From a virus, in IMG/VR virus record IMGVR_UViG_3300020215_000050, positions 85,495 to 123,282 of that record: DNA of 37,788 nucleotides. One strand, given 5' to 3'. The notes beneath the pieces were generated by a model. The model worked only from the letters and a program-made list of their open reading frames with translations. It made no database searches and was not told the DNA's origin. Position numbers and translations under genes: made by a program. This document shows, piece by piece, positions 18,801 through 27,660 of the stretch (the first letter of the stretch is position 1; each line of letters starts with the position of its first letter).

Positions 18801-19025
18801 CCCGTGCATGTACTCGATGACGAAGTTGTCGAGGAGGGCCTCGCGGGTGTCGTCGATGTCTCGGTTCCGCTGGAGGTTCCTGGCCTCGGACAGGACGTTG
18901 TTGGACTCTCCCAGCCACTCGTAGTAGCTCTTGACGAACTCGACGAGCTGCGGGCCCTCGGTGCGGTAGACCTCGGGGAACTGCCTCTCGATGAAGTGGG
19001 CGATGCGGGGGTCCGCGGCCTTCAC
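15891..19025 (-). CDS. gp7: Baseplate wedge initiator gp7-like protein fused to a C-terminal ConA/LamG-like domain
   Basis: QFPEVY...FVKSYYEWL, DLYRSKGS..GLKLLF, IQDSFYYQEYSY...HPAGVELFG; then a TRASTGTY...GLLIEPQRTN domain. Confidence 0.82.
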   Translation of the reverse strand: MKAADPRIAHFIERQFPEVYRTEGPQLVEFVKSYYEWLGESNNVLSEARNLQRNRDIDDTREALLDNFVIEYMHGLPVEILGDRRFLQKHILDLYRSKGSNAGLKLLFQLIYREDIDIYIPSRDMLAPSDGTWHQPKYLEINYTRFNQDYLLKQITGVNSEATAIVEDYVIRNVRGRPVYLFYLSNIVGEFEVGEPISYEGFEDPTKIPRILGSVTEMVVTGGGLDNRIGDAYRAGDDQGTGIGLEVRVSELRARGTGLIEFSIQWGGTGYTMDSLVYIINKAILTEDGADYIFCEDGVPLDAAFVGSGATFEVGSIVNTEILSFSDTIVLPYENDTLEDFTFLYNPMVLQEDTGAIYTEDGTQVFVTETLASNTTMNDNALVSDWEEASNTTVGTIGSLVNINPGSEYTEDVTVWVVEPSILSFELAANNGYMGNNAVIEGEAVAGSNVATAMRVVDSGFGYANGQALTLNYSGNDFLRRENVDETLTTEDGEALVWGDVAQETELEAEAVIGAVGFGRGEWTSTKGFLNADKYIQDSFYYQEYSYDVQSSRSLDRYEETLRKVYHPAGVELFGTAVVRDEVDLESTVTPNTSSANVGAGTSSLTLLGSETGMAIDFSNTEPNITIWHGSNGALSFAGDPFDKLTHTRASTGTYYNANGILTTAAVDEPRYDYNPTNLTPRGLLIEPQRTNQMLHSSDYTQSAWTVERATVSKSVTGPDGVANSACRVTETATTGTHGFIGNTANRPAVGTSDTQVLSVYLKYGTRRYVSVMLADGSGTGAGIIVDLQSGTITDDNAASWTYLASSIEACPDGWYRVVLAADTGAATTAVPHVRFASANAWGGAFGTEDAILSYAGDAAAYVDVFGMQFEEDVSWATSYIPTTTASVTRQQDQTAILTTLFPYSATAGTISAEFTPHLRSGNPVDYVWDLYFSEPERIGLFWNDTPEARLIVDDNNSSVVSFTKGINALGTTSKVAFAWALNDAAAVCNGGSPSTDTSVSLPDAATVLNIGHQNGSNVGNGWIRKLKYLPRRATNTELQTFTS
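18771..18787. promoter_or_regulatory. Dispersed pseudo-palindrome copy TCTTCTAT-C-ACCAAGAA
   Basis: AT island in gp7 built from GAA ATT CTT GGT GAT AGA AGA. Confidence 0.45.
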
Positions 19026-19026
19026 G

Positions 19027-20832
19027 TTAGTCCTCCGCGTCGGTCACAGTGACCGTGATGTCCTCTGGGTCGACGGTCAGGAACTTGTTGGCGCGGACGG
19101 TGACGTCCCTGCCCTCGGTCACGCCGTGGATGCTGATGTAGCCCGAGTAGGACGCCACGTTGAGGGTCAGCGAGACGTCGCCCGAGGCGTAGTTGACCGT
19201 GCCGATGTCCGACTCGAGCACGACCCTCTCGCCGTCGTCCGTCGTGTAGACGATGATCGTGCCGTCGCCGTCGTCCTGGAGGACGGCCTCGAACTCCGTC
19301 TGGTTCTTGACGTAGCCGAAGGCGTCGCTGTACACGATGCCGTCGTGGGTGAGGGGCTGGGAGGAGCGGGTCTCGTCCCTGAGCCGGTTGTCGAACGAGA
19401 AGACGAGCGACTGGGTCGACCCCGTGTTCGGCGACCACCGGCGGACGAGGGTCACCTCCGTGTCGTTGGAGACGATGGACTCGTCGGCGTCGTCGATGTC
19501 CCTGACGAGCTGGCTGTACCTGAAGTCGATGCCGAAGTCCTCCAGCTCGTCGTCGACGTGGGTCTCGATGGCCTCCCTCACCAGGGAGACGATCTCGCTG
19601 TGGCTCTTCGTCGTCCTGTCCTTGTCGTAGACTACGTTCGAGTTGATCTTGAGGTAGAGGAACTCGGGGTCCTGGATGACCGACTCCGTGACGATGTTCT
19701 TGCCCGTCAGGTAGGCGATGATGTCGTTCTTGAGCTGGTTCGAGATGACCGTCCCGCCCGCGGGCTTGACGGAGATGATGACCCTGCCGTACTGCTTGGG
19801 CGTGACCTCCTCTCCGCCGTATGCGGTGACGGCCTCGAGCTGGGGGAACCGCTGGCGGACGAGGTTGATGAAGTCGGCCTTGGTGACCGCCCGCTCCTGG
19901 GTCGTGAAGTGGCGGGGGGCGTTGAAGCGGATGCCGTCGACGTCCTCCTTCTCGGAGCCGCCGTAGGCGCGGGTGATCGTGGTCACCGTGTCCAGCTCGA
20001 AGCCCTCGACGAGGTCGTCGGACGCGAAGGTGCCGAGCAGGTTGGCCTCCTCGCCCGTCGTGTCCCGGTAGAAGACCCTGACGAGGTTGCCCGTCTCGAG
20101 CTCTTTACCAATTGTTCCATTACCAAAAACAATTTCGTACCGGCCGTCGTAGGCGCCCTGGAGGAACCACACCTCGTCCTCCTCGGTCAGTCCGTAGAGG
20201 TTCTCGGCCCGCGTCCACTCGGAGTTCGTCGTGTCCGTGTTGGAGGTCTGGACGACCACCTCGATGGAGTCGATGTCGATGTTCGCGGACTGGAGCACGT
20301 AGGTGCTCGTCGAGTTGACCGTGAAGACCTCGCGGACGAGGACGCCCTCGAAGATCTCGACGTTGGCGGAGACGTAGGTGCCGCCGGCACCGCGCTGGAC
20401 TACGTGGGCCGAGTCCGTGATGAACTGGTAGCTGATGGAGTTGCCGTCCTCGTCGAATCCCTGGGAGACGAAGGGGTGGTACTTGGGGATCGTGACGGTG
20501 TCGGGGGTCTGCCCGTTGACGTCGACCACGCAGGTGACCACGGCACGAGCTGAAGTCCTCGATCGCGGGACATAGTTGAGCTCCTTTGCGCGGGAGTAGG
20601 CGGAGTCGAGCAATCTGGCAGTATCCAGAAACATCTCGGACCCGATCATGTTCAGGTAGAAGCCGTTCTGGAAGGTGTTCAGCGCGAGGAGGTCGAGCAG
20701 GATCGCCATGTTCGAGCCCTCGAAGTTGAAGTCGAGGAACTTGTCCTGGCTCTGCAGGTACTCCTTCAGCGCCTCCCTGTAGGCGAGGAAGTCCAGCTGG
20801 TCGGTGCTGAGGAAGCGGCGCGTGCTCGGCAT
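19027..20832 (-). CDS. gp6: Baseplate wedge subunit gp6
   Basis: LDF...L..YL..Q..F.DFNFEGSNM.ILLDLLA.NT, EMFLDTA, FGNG.IGK, QERAVT..D, GGEE..P.QYGRV.ISVKP. Confidence 0.95.
   Translation of the reverse strand: MPSTRRFLSTDQLDFLAYREALKEYLQSQDKFLDFNFEGSNMAILLDLLALNTFQNGFYLNMIGSEMFLDTARLLDSAYSRAKELNYVPRSRTSARAVVTCVVDVNGQTPDTVTIPKYHPFVSQGFDEDGNSISYQFITDSAHVVQRGAGGTYVSANVEIFEGVLVREVFTVNSTSTYVLQSANIDIDSIEVVVQTSNTDTTNSEWTRAENLYGLTEEDEVWFLQGAYDGRYEIVFGNGTIGKELETGNLVRVFYRDTTGEEANLLGTFASDDLVEGFELDTVTTITRAYGGSEKEDVDGIRFNAPRHFTTQERAVTKADFINLVRQRFPQLEAVTAYGGEEVTPKQYGRVIISVKPAGGTVISNQLKNDIIAYLTGKNIVTESVIQDPEFLYLKINSNVVYDKDRTTKSHSEIVSLVREAIETHVDDELEDFGIDFRYSQLVRDIDDADESIVSNDTEVTLVRRWSPNTGSTQSLVFSFDNRLRDETRSSQPLTHDGIVYSDAFGYVKNQTEFEAVLQDDGDGTIIVYTTDDGERVVLESDIGTVNYASGDVSLTLNVASYSGYISIHGVTEGRDVTVRANKFLTVDPEDITVTVTDAED
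20113..20129. promoter_or_regulatory. Dispersed pseudo-palindrome copy TGTTCCAT-T-ACCAAAAA
   Basis: AT island in gp6: 11 consecutive A/T-ending codons. Confidence 0.5.
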
Positions 20833-20833
20833 G

Positions 20834-21031
20834 TTACGATGCGATCCAGTACGAGACCCACATGACGAGGTCGAGGATGGACACGATCACGACGAGGCTG
20901 AACAGGACCGCCGCGGCCGCCGCGTCGTCGGGGCCGTTCCCCTCGATGCACGTGTACACCAGCGCGGCGAGGAAGAAAGCGGCGGGGAACATGAGGACCA
21001 GCGCGGTCCAGAACAGGATGCCTTCGATCAT
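20834..21031 (-). CDS. Small two-TM membrane protein
   Basis: 65 aa with two hydrophobic stretches; ATGA overlap with gp25. Confidence 0.7.
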   Translation of the reverse strand: MIEGILFWTALVLMFPAAFFLAALVYTCIEGNGPDDAAAAAVLFSLVVIVSILDLVMWVSYWIAS

Positions 21032-21435
21032 CGGATCCTCGCGAGAACCTGGTTGAGTTCGACCACCTCGGGCGAGTTCTGGATCCCGAACGTGACCGTC
21101 GCCATGTAGCTGTTGTAGTCGGGCTGCATCCTGACGACGACGTCGATCAGCCTCGCCCTCGGCTCCCAGTTCGTGATCGTCGTGATGATCGCCTGCCGGA
21201 TGAGCTCCGCGGTGACCGGCGTGACGTTCTCGAACAGGTACTTCTGCAGGCCCGAGCCGATGTACGGCCTGAACCGTCGCTCGAACGGGCCCGTGAGGAG
21301 CAGGGTCCTCACCGACCTCTTCACCGCGTCGGCGTTGGTGACCAGCGCGACGTCTCCCTTGAGGGGGTGGACGTCGAGGTTGATCCGGAAGTCCCGGTAG
21401 CGGACCGGGACCTTCTCTCGCTCGGTCCTCGCCAT
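21028..21435 (-). CDS. gp25: Baseplate wedge subunit gp25
   Basis: HP.KGD......AVKRSVRTLLLT..FER.F.P.IGS.L...LFE...WEPRA. Confidence 0.95.
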   Translation of the reverse strand: MARTEREKVPVRYRDFRINLDVHPLKGDVALVTNADAVKRSVRTLLLTGPFERRFRPYIGSGLQKYLFENVTPVTAELIRQAIITTITNWEPRARLIDVVVRMQPDYNSYMATVTFGIQNSPEVVELNQVLARIR

Positions 21436-21436
21436 C

Positions 21437-21553
21437 CTAGTGGTTCAGGCTTCCCAGCGCGTGGAGGAGGTAGAACAGGCAGAACGCCCCGAACGCCGCC
21501 AGACCCGCGAGGAGACCGATCCACATCCCGATTATCTTCAGCCATTCCTTCAT
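21437..21553 (-). CDS. 38-aa single-TM membrane peptide (MKEWLKIIGMWIGLLAGLAAFGAFCLFYLLHALGSLNH)
   Basis: Below the ORF-track cutoff. Fills the gap exactly; late promoter 6 nt upstream. Confidence 0.65.
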   Translation of the reverse strand: MKEWLKIIGMWIGLLAGLAAFGAFCLFYLLHALGSLNH

Positions 21554-21559
21554 GGCCGC

Positions 21560-21567
21560 TATTTAGG
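21560..21567 (-). promoter_or_regulatory. Late promoter (CCTAAATA), probably leaderless transcript
   Basis: Overlaps the upstream stop codon; 6 nt to the ATG. Confidence 0.6.
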
Positions 21568-23749
21568 ATGAACTCGGGGGCTCCCACTCGAGCGTGCTGT
21601 ACCTCGTCGGGTTCGTCGAGTCCTGGTTCAGCTCCTGCGCCTCCTGGGCCTTCGCGAACTTGTCGACGTCGGTGTTGGCGCTCTTCTGCTCGTAGACGAG
21701 GAGACCCGCGTCGATCCACGGCTTCCAGTTCGTGTTCGCGTACTGCTGGTAGTTCGAGATCGGGTTCCACTTCTCGTACTGGCCCCTCGCCTCGTAGTCG
21801 ACCTGGTGGCCGCTGAACTTGCCCTGGACGGTCGTCATGACGCCGGTGTTCGCCGTGTTCGCCAACTCCGTCGCGGGCAGGTCGACGCCCGTCGTCGTCC
21901 GCGTGACGTGCTCGTTCGCCTCGTTCTTGGCGATCTGGAAGGCCGACGCCCACTCGTCGTGGGTGAGGGTGCTCCGGTCGTGGTTGGCGACCTGCTTGGC
22001 GAGGGAGGCCGCGTACTGGATCGTCTGGTCGAAGTTCCCGGTGTCGACCGTGGCGCAGCCCTGGAGGACGCCGGACGGGTCGAACTTCCCGAACAGGTCG
22101 TGGCCCATGCCGCCGAAGACCTTGGAGCTCGTCATCGAGGTGACGTCGTCGAGGAGCCCCGAGCCGCGGGACATGCTCGAGAGTCCGCCGTTGAGGATGC
22201 CCGCGGTGGCGTTCCCCATCGTCTGCCCCTGCCCGTTCTGCATCAGGTAGGCGAGTCCGGCCGCGGCTCCCCCGATGTGGTCCCGGTAGACGGCCATGCC
22301 GCCCGCCTCGCCCAGGTAGCCGAAGCGGGTGACGAGGTCGGTCACCCCCTCCACCTTGGGCACCTTGAGGGGGTTGTTGGCGCGGACGTTGAACGGGATC
22401 GTGTTCTGGGTGTCGCCGTCGTCGAGCTGGGTCACCTCGGACAGCTGCCTGAAGGCCGGGTGGCTGCTCGTCGGGAACAGCTTCCAGTTCTTCTCGGTCT
22501 GGCTCGGGCACCGGACGGAGCCCTGGAGGGCGGAGAGGACGCTCTTCGCCATGCCCAGCTTCTCGGCGAGGCCGCCGGACAGGAACGGGTTGGACTTCAT
22601 CCCGAGCGAGCTCGCCAGCTCCGCCTGCTTGGCGGGGGACTCGAACAGTTCCAGGTCCTGGAGCAGGTCCTCCAGCGTGGAGTAGTCGTCCGTCTCCTCG
22701 TGGTGGATGTCGGCGTCGGTGTCGTGGGTGGCCGTGTTCGCCGCCACGGCGTCGGCGAAGCTCGCGTTCGACTTGACGACGTGGAGGAGCCGGTTGACGG
22801 AGACGACGGAGTTGTCCCAGGTCGTCTGCAGCTTCCTCAGGCCCTTGACGCCGGGGGCGGAGTCGACCACGGTGATGAGGGTCGGCGTGTCCGGGTAGTA
22901 GTCCAGGCTGATGAGGTCGAAGTTGAGCTTCAGCGCGAGGTCCATCGCCTTCTGATAGACCCGCTGCGGGTTGGCCCTGGGTTCGATCCGGACCACCCTG
23001 CCCCGCCGCGCCTCTGGGAAGGGCGTGAAGGCCCCCGACTGGACGTAGCCGGAGTGGATAAGGAAGGTGACCGTGCGGTCGCTGTAGCCCAGGTTCTGGG
23101 CCGCCTGGAGGGCGTCGAGGTACTGGTTGGGGGCGTTGACTCGCTCGATGACGTTGACCGCCAGGTGCTTGAGGTTCTCGACGATCTGCTTCTTGGTCAG
23201 CCCGTCCTGGTCCGCGAGTATCTGCTGGGCGTAGCCCGCGACGAGGACGTTGACGAGCCGGTAGTTGTCGCTGAGCTGGTAGCTCTGGGCCGTGTAGGCG
23301 TCGGAGTCGAGCACCGACGTGTTCGTCGTTGGCCTCGCCCCCTCGGGGACGGCCGTGAAGTAGCCCGGGTTGACCTCCTGGGCGGTCACCGCCCTCTCGA
23401 GCCGGGCGTAGTACCTGCCCAGGCCGGCCATGAGGGCCCGCATGTCCACGGTGGAGCTGAAGTTGGTGAAGTCCCACGTGTTGTTCGACGCCGCGGTGGC
23501 CGACACCCTGACCTGGTTGTGGCCGGAGTTCGGGCGTCGCTCCGTCGTCACCTCGCCCGTGATGACGTCGATGTAGAGGGTGTTCGCTGCCTCCCGGTTG
23601 TTGGAGCGGGTCGTCGTCTGCCTCGGGTTGGGGTTGCCGAGCAGCGGAACTGCGGTCACCGCGTACTTCGGGATCGTGACGCCCGTGGACAGGAGGACGC
23701 TGTTGCCGACCTCGGTCGCCCCCGGCGGGATGAAGACCTTGCTTACCAC
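21563..23749 (-). CDS. Baseplate-hub-associated protein with degenerate peptidase M15-like domain
   Basis: QLSDNYRL...IVENLKHLAVNVIERV...IHSGY parallels the M15 domain of gp5 but lacks the Zn ligands; GTG start overlaps the gp5 stop. Confidence 0.7.
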   Translation of the reverse strand: MVSKVFIPPGATEVGNSVLLSTGVTIPKYAVTAVPLLGNPNPRQTTTRSNNREAANTLYIDVITGEVTTERRPNSGHNQVRVSATAASNNTWDFTNFSSTVDMRALMAGLGRYYARLERAVTAQEVNPGYFTAVPEGARPTTNTSVLDSDAYTAQSYQLSDNYRLVNVLVAGYAQQILADQDGLTKKQIVENLKHLAVNVIERVNAPNQYLDALQAAQNLGYSDRTVTFLIHSGYVQSGAFTPFPEARRGRVVRIEPRANPQRVYQKAMDLALKLNFDLISLDYYPDTPTLITVVDSAPGVKGLRKLQTTWDNSVVSVNRLLHVVKSNASFADAVAANTATHDTDADIHHEETDDYSTLEDLLQDLELFESPAKQAELASSLGMKSNPFLSGGLAEKLGMAKSVLSALQGSVRCPSQTEKNWKLFPTSSHPAFRQLSEVTQLDDGDTQNTIPFNVRANNPLKVPKVEGVTDLVTRFGYLGEAGGMAVYRDHIGGAAAGLAYLMQNGQGQTMGNATAGILNGGLSSMSRGSGLLDDVTSMTSSKVFGGMGHDLFGKFDPSGVLQGCATVDTGNFDQTIQYAASLAKQVANHDRSTLTHDEWASAFQIAKNEANEHVTRTTTGVDLPATELANTANTGVMTTVQGKFSGHQVDYEARGQYEKWNPISNYQQYANTNWKPWIDAGLLVYEQKSANTDVDKFAKAQEAQELNQDSTNPTRYSTLEWEPPSSS

Positions 23750-26700
23750 CTTCGGATCCTACCCCCGTTGCCCGAGCGGGACCAGCCGACGTGGACCCAG
23801 CTCTTGTAGATGCCGATGGACGTGACCTGCGGGATGTTTCTCTCGATCCACGCCGCGACCTCCCTCGGCGACTTGCCCGCGACCTTGATGTCCGCGGCCT
23901 GCCCCTGGATGTGGTCGGAGTTCTTCGCCACGCCCGAGCTCTTCTTCCTCAGCGCGGCGTTGTACTCGGGCGACCGGTAGCCGGACGTGATCGTGACGTT
24001 CCCGACGTTGTCCTGGATGCGGTCGAGGACGTTCGTCGCCAGCGCAGAGAGGTTCTTAATTATCGTGCCCGAGGCGACCTGTCCGCGGGGCGTGTTGATC
24101 ATCGCCGGGTGCTTCAGTTTACTGGTCGGGCAGAGGTCGCCCAGCGTGAAGTACCTGGAGATCTTGGTGCCCTCGTTGACGTCCCCGCCGACGACGCCCC
24201 GCTCGCCCACCATCGGCTCCTTCTCCGCCTGGGCGGGCGTCTGCTCCTCGCCCACGCCGGTCTGGAAGTCGCCGGGCTTGTTGTTGGCCCCGCCCGTGAA
24301 CGCGTCGATGTTCGACGGCTGCTGGCCGCCGACGCCGGTCTCGTTGCCGCCGAAGCACTCGTTGTAGACGCCCATGCCGTAGCCGGCCCGGTTGCCCCAC
24401 GCCCCGCCGCTGAACGCCCCGTTGTCCCAGCCCTGGAACCTCTCGTATGCGGCCGCTCCCCTGATGGCCCCCGCCATGTCGGTCGCGTTGATCATGCCCG
24501 CGCCCCCCGAGCCCGAGTGGCTGCCCCTCGCCTCGTGGTCGATGAAGCGCACCTGCGCCTCCCGCGTCCTGTAGTCAAGGCCGTTCTGCTGGCTGAACTG
24601 CTGGAGGGCCGTCAGCCTCGGTCCCCGCCACTGGGCCATGCCGAAGCTCGTGCCCGCGTCGCCGAGGGCCTGCGGGTTGAGCGAGCTCTCCTGGATGAGG
24701 GCGCCCGTCATGGCCGCGGCGCCGTGCCTGGACCAGCCCCTCGACACGAGGTCGTTGGCGATGTCGCAGGCGTTGCCCCTGAAGTTGCCGAGGGACGCCG
24801 GTCCCACGGGTCCGCCGCCGGTCGTCGGCTGGAAGAGGTCGCCCCCCGCCGTGGCGCCGCCGCCGGAGTTGATCGAGCCCGGGGCCTCCTGGCCGTTCTG
24901 GCCCTGCTCGTCCTGGGCCTCGTTGGCGTCCATCTCGCCCTGCGTGACCTGCTCGGAGTTGATGTTGGAGGCCGAGTCCGCGGGCGTGCTCTCGGGGGTG
25001 AGCTGGGCCGGGGTCGCCTCGACGTTGGCGGTGGAGGTGCCCGTCGCGGCCGTGGCCGACGCCGCCCCGCCCGAGTTGAGGTGGATCTGGGTGCCGTCGG
25101 CGTTGATGTTGCCGCCGGCCTTGAGGTTCATCGCCCCGCCGGACTGCATGTTGAAGACGCCGCCGCTCTTCTCGTGGATCGCCCCCGTGGCCGTGATCAG
25201 CGCGTCGGACGCGACGACGACCTTCAGGCCCGCCTTCGTCTCGATCAGCTGGTCGCCCCTCGCGATCGCGGTCATCTTGCCGTTGGCGTTGAGGACGAAG
25301 TTGCCGCCCGAGGAGATGATCGCCTCCTTCTGCGACTGGAGGGCGAGGTTCTTCGCGTGCATCGCGGTGGCGCCGATCGTCTGCTCGCTCCGGTTGCCCT
25401 CGACGTGGCTGACGGAGTCGCCGTGGACGGTCTCGCCCGAGTTCCCCCTCACCACCCGCTGGTCCGTGCCCCTGACGGAGGTGTGCCTCTTGCCGCCGAC
25501 CTGGACGTCGTGGTCCTTGCCCACGCGGGTGACGGCGTTCTTCTTCGTCTGCTGGATGGAGCTGCCCTCGGTCACCCTCGCCGAGTCGCCCCTGACCAGC
25601 TCGTGGAGCTCTCCCGCCACGTTGACGAGGTACTTGCCCGTGACGTCCCAGCGCACGTTGCCCTGGACGGAGATGTTGAAGTCGCCGCCGATCGACAGCT
25701 TCACCGAGCCCATGACGCCCACCGAGTCGTCGCCGATGACGACCTGGTAGCGGTCCTTCCTGATGTAGAAGATGCCCGAGCCGTCCGCCTGGAGCTGGAT
25801 CATCGAGCCCGAGGGGTGGAGGACCTCGACCTTCTGGTTGCCCGGCGTGTCGTCGAGGAGGATGTGGTTGCCGCCCTCGGTCGACTTGACCATGTGGGCC
25901 ATGCCGTACTCGCCGCCGTGGTTGTAGAGGGGCACCGCCCACTCGCGGGGCACGGACCGGGCGTCGAGGGAGTCCGCCTCGCGGGCCTCCTTGAACTGCC
26001 ACAGGGTCGGCTCCTGGATCTTGGCGAGGTACTGCTGCTCGGGGCCGCCGCCGACGTCTCGGAAGCCCGTCGTCGCGGGTCCCCCCGAGAGCGCGTTCGT
26101 CCTGACGGGCGCAGGCACGTCCGACTGCCTTGTGGCGGCGTACGTCGGCACGGGATGGTGGGGGCCGCCCTGATAGCCCCGGGAGGCCCCCGGCCCAGCC
26201 GAGGGAGCCTGGCTCTGGTCGTCGCCGGAGCCGCCTCCCCCCTGGGTGGTGTCGTTGACCGGGTCGATGACCTGGCCGGGCACGGAGCCCGGGTCGGACG
26301 GGTTGGAGATCCTCTTCGTCCCGTCCTTCTCGACGTTGGAGTTGGTGTTGTAGCGGTTCTGCATCCAGTGCGGGACGCTGAACGTCGGGCACTCCTTGGA
26401 CGAGAACTCGTTGTGGCCGGCGACCCTCAGCTGGGGGAAGCGGCGGATGAAGGCGTCGACGAGCTTGCCCAGGACGTCGAACTGGATCGCGTGGAACTTG
26501 GAGTCGAGGGGCAGCCTCATCAGGTTCGACCGCTGGCCCGACTCGGGGAGCCCGCCGATGAGGCAGATGCCGATGTTCTGCATCGACTGGCCGCCGATGG
26601 ACGGGCGGTTCATGTTGCCCGTGTGGCTGCCCGTCTGGCCCATGTCGCGGGTGCGGATCAGCTGGCCCGTCTCGTCGATGACGAGGTGATAGCCGATCCC

Positions 26701-27660
26701 CTTCCCGTCCATGTCCGACCTGCTCAGGTGGTCGGCCCTCATCTGGTCGAGCGAGTAGCGGGAGTTCTTCTTGGTCGCCGAGCAGTGGATCGTGATCATG
26801 CCCACGTCCTGGGGTGCGGTGGCGACGATGGCGTCGAAGTCGGACCTGACCTGGGCCGTCATGTTCTGGGCGGTGAAGGGCTCGCCCGGTCCTGCGGCGG
26901 AGCCCATGTTGGCGCCCGCGAGGGGCGAGGGCTCACGGGCCGCGGTGGGCACGGTCGCGCCGCCCGCGCCGAAGAGCGTCTTGGCGAGGTCGGGGAAGTT
27001 GGCGAGCGTCTGGTCGCCCACGCCGGCCGCGCCCTGCGGCCTCTGCATGCCCGTGTTGACCTGGCCCGGGCTGAGCCTGTCGATGGCGGCGGCGAGCGGC
27101 GCGAGGGTCGGTCCGGGTCCGCCGATGCCGGACATCGCGTAGACCATCTTGACTGCGTCGTCGTTCTTGAGCAGGTTGGCCATGTTCATGACCGAGCCCA
27201 CCGTCGAGCCGAACTTGCCCCCCGAGCCCAGGCCCGGGATGCCGCCCGCGAGGCCGGTCTGGAAGAGGCCGCCGATGCCGCCGGGTCCCGCCGACGAGAT
27301 GGCGTGCTGCCTGCCCAGGTATTCCCTCTGCAGGGGAGAGAAGCCCGGCCTGCCCGCGAAGGAGCCGAAGACGACGGGCTGCTGGGCGTCCCTGCCGTCG
27401 AGGAAGACGCCGAACACCCACGAGCCGTCCTTGAGGTCGTGGTTCTGGCCGATGCCGGACATGCCCGATGCCGTCGTCGGCAGCATCACCCACGCCCACG
27501 GGAGGTCCGCCGTGGGGACGCCGCCTGCAGCTCGTTCCGGGTGGACGCCGAGGCAGCGCACCTGGACGCGTCCCATCTGGAGCGGGTCCTGGACGTTCTC
27601 CACCACGCCGATGTAGGCCGTCAGGCCCGCGGCGAACCAGTTCTCCGGGTCCTGTCTCAC
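23743..27660 (-). CDS. gp5: Baseplate central spike gp5 with amidase, tail-lysozyme and M15 peptidase domains
   Basis: OB-fold GVVENVQDPLQMGRVQVRCLG.H...LPWA...GSWVFG.FLDG..AQQP; TEGGNH...DDTPG.....HPSG; V.G beta-helix repeats; three hydrolase motifs. Confidence 0.93.
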   Translation of the reverse strand: MRQDPENWFAAGLTAYIGVVENVQDPLQMGRVQVRCLGVHPERAAGGVPTADLPWAWVMLPTTASGMSGIGQNHDLKDGSWVFGVFLDGRDAQQPVVFGSFAGRPGFSPLQREYLGRQHAISSAGPGGIGGLFQTGLAGGIPGLGSGGKFGSTVGSVMNMANLLKNDDAVKMVYAMSGIGGPGPTLAPLAAAIDRLSPGQVNTGMQRPQGAAGVGDQTLANFPDLAKTLFGAGGATVPTAAREPSPLAGANMGSAAGPGEPFTAQNMTAQVRSDFDAIVATAPQDVGMITIHCSATKKNSRYSLDQMRADHLSRSDMDGKGIGYHLVIDETGQLIRTRDMGQTGSHTGNMNRPSIGGQSMQNIGICLIGGLPESGQRSNLMRLPLDSKFHAIQFDVLGKLVDAFIRRFPQLRVAGHNEFSSKECPTFSVPHWMQNRYNTNSNVEKDGTKRISNPSDPGSVPGQVIDPVNDTTQGGGGSGDDQSQAPSAGPGASRGYQGGPHHPVPTYAATRQSDVPAPVRTNALSGGPATTGFRDVGGGPEQQYLAKIQEPTLWQFKEAREADSLDARSVPREWAVPLYNHGGEYGMAHMVKSTEGGNHILLDDTPGNQKVEVLHPSGSMIQLQADGSGIFYIRKDRYQVVIGDDSVGVMGSVKLSIGGDFNISVQGNVRWDVTGKYLVNVAGELHELVRGDSARVTEGSSIQQTKKNAVTRVGKDHDVQVGGKRHTSVRGTDQRVVRGNSGETVHGDSVSHVEGNRSEQTIGATAMHAKNLALQSQKEAIISSGGNFVLNANGKMTAIARGDQLIETKAGLKVVVASDALITATGAIHEKSGGVFNMQSGGAMNLKAGGNINADGTQIHLNSGGAASATAATGTSTANVEATPAQLTPESTPADSASNINSEQVTQGEMDANEAQDEQGQNGQEAPGSINSGGGATAGGDLFQPTTGGGPVGPASLGNFRGNACDIANDLVSRGWSRHGAAAMTGALIQESSLNPQALGDAGTSFGMAQWRGPRLTALQQFSQQNGLDYRTREAQVRFIDHEARGSHSGSGGAGMINATDMAGAIRGAAAYERFQGWDNGAFSGGAWGNRAGYGMGVYNECFGGNETGVGGQQPSNIDAFTGGANNKPGDFQTGVGEEQTPAQAEKEPMVGERGVVGGDVNEGTKISRYFTLGDLCPTSKLKHPAMINTPRGQVASGTIIKNLSALATNVLDRIQDNVGNVTITSGYRSPEYNAALRKKSSGVAKNSDHIQGQAADIKVAGKSPREVAAWIERNIPQVTSIGIYKSWVHVGWSRSGNGGRIRRW

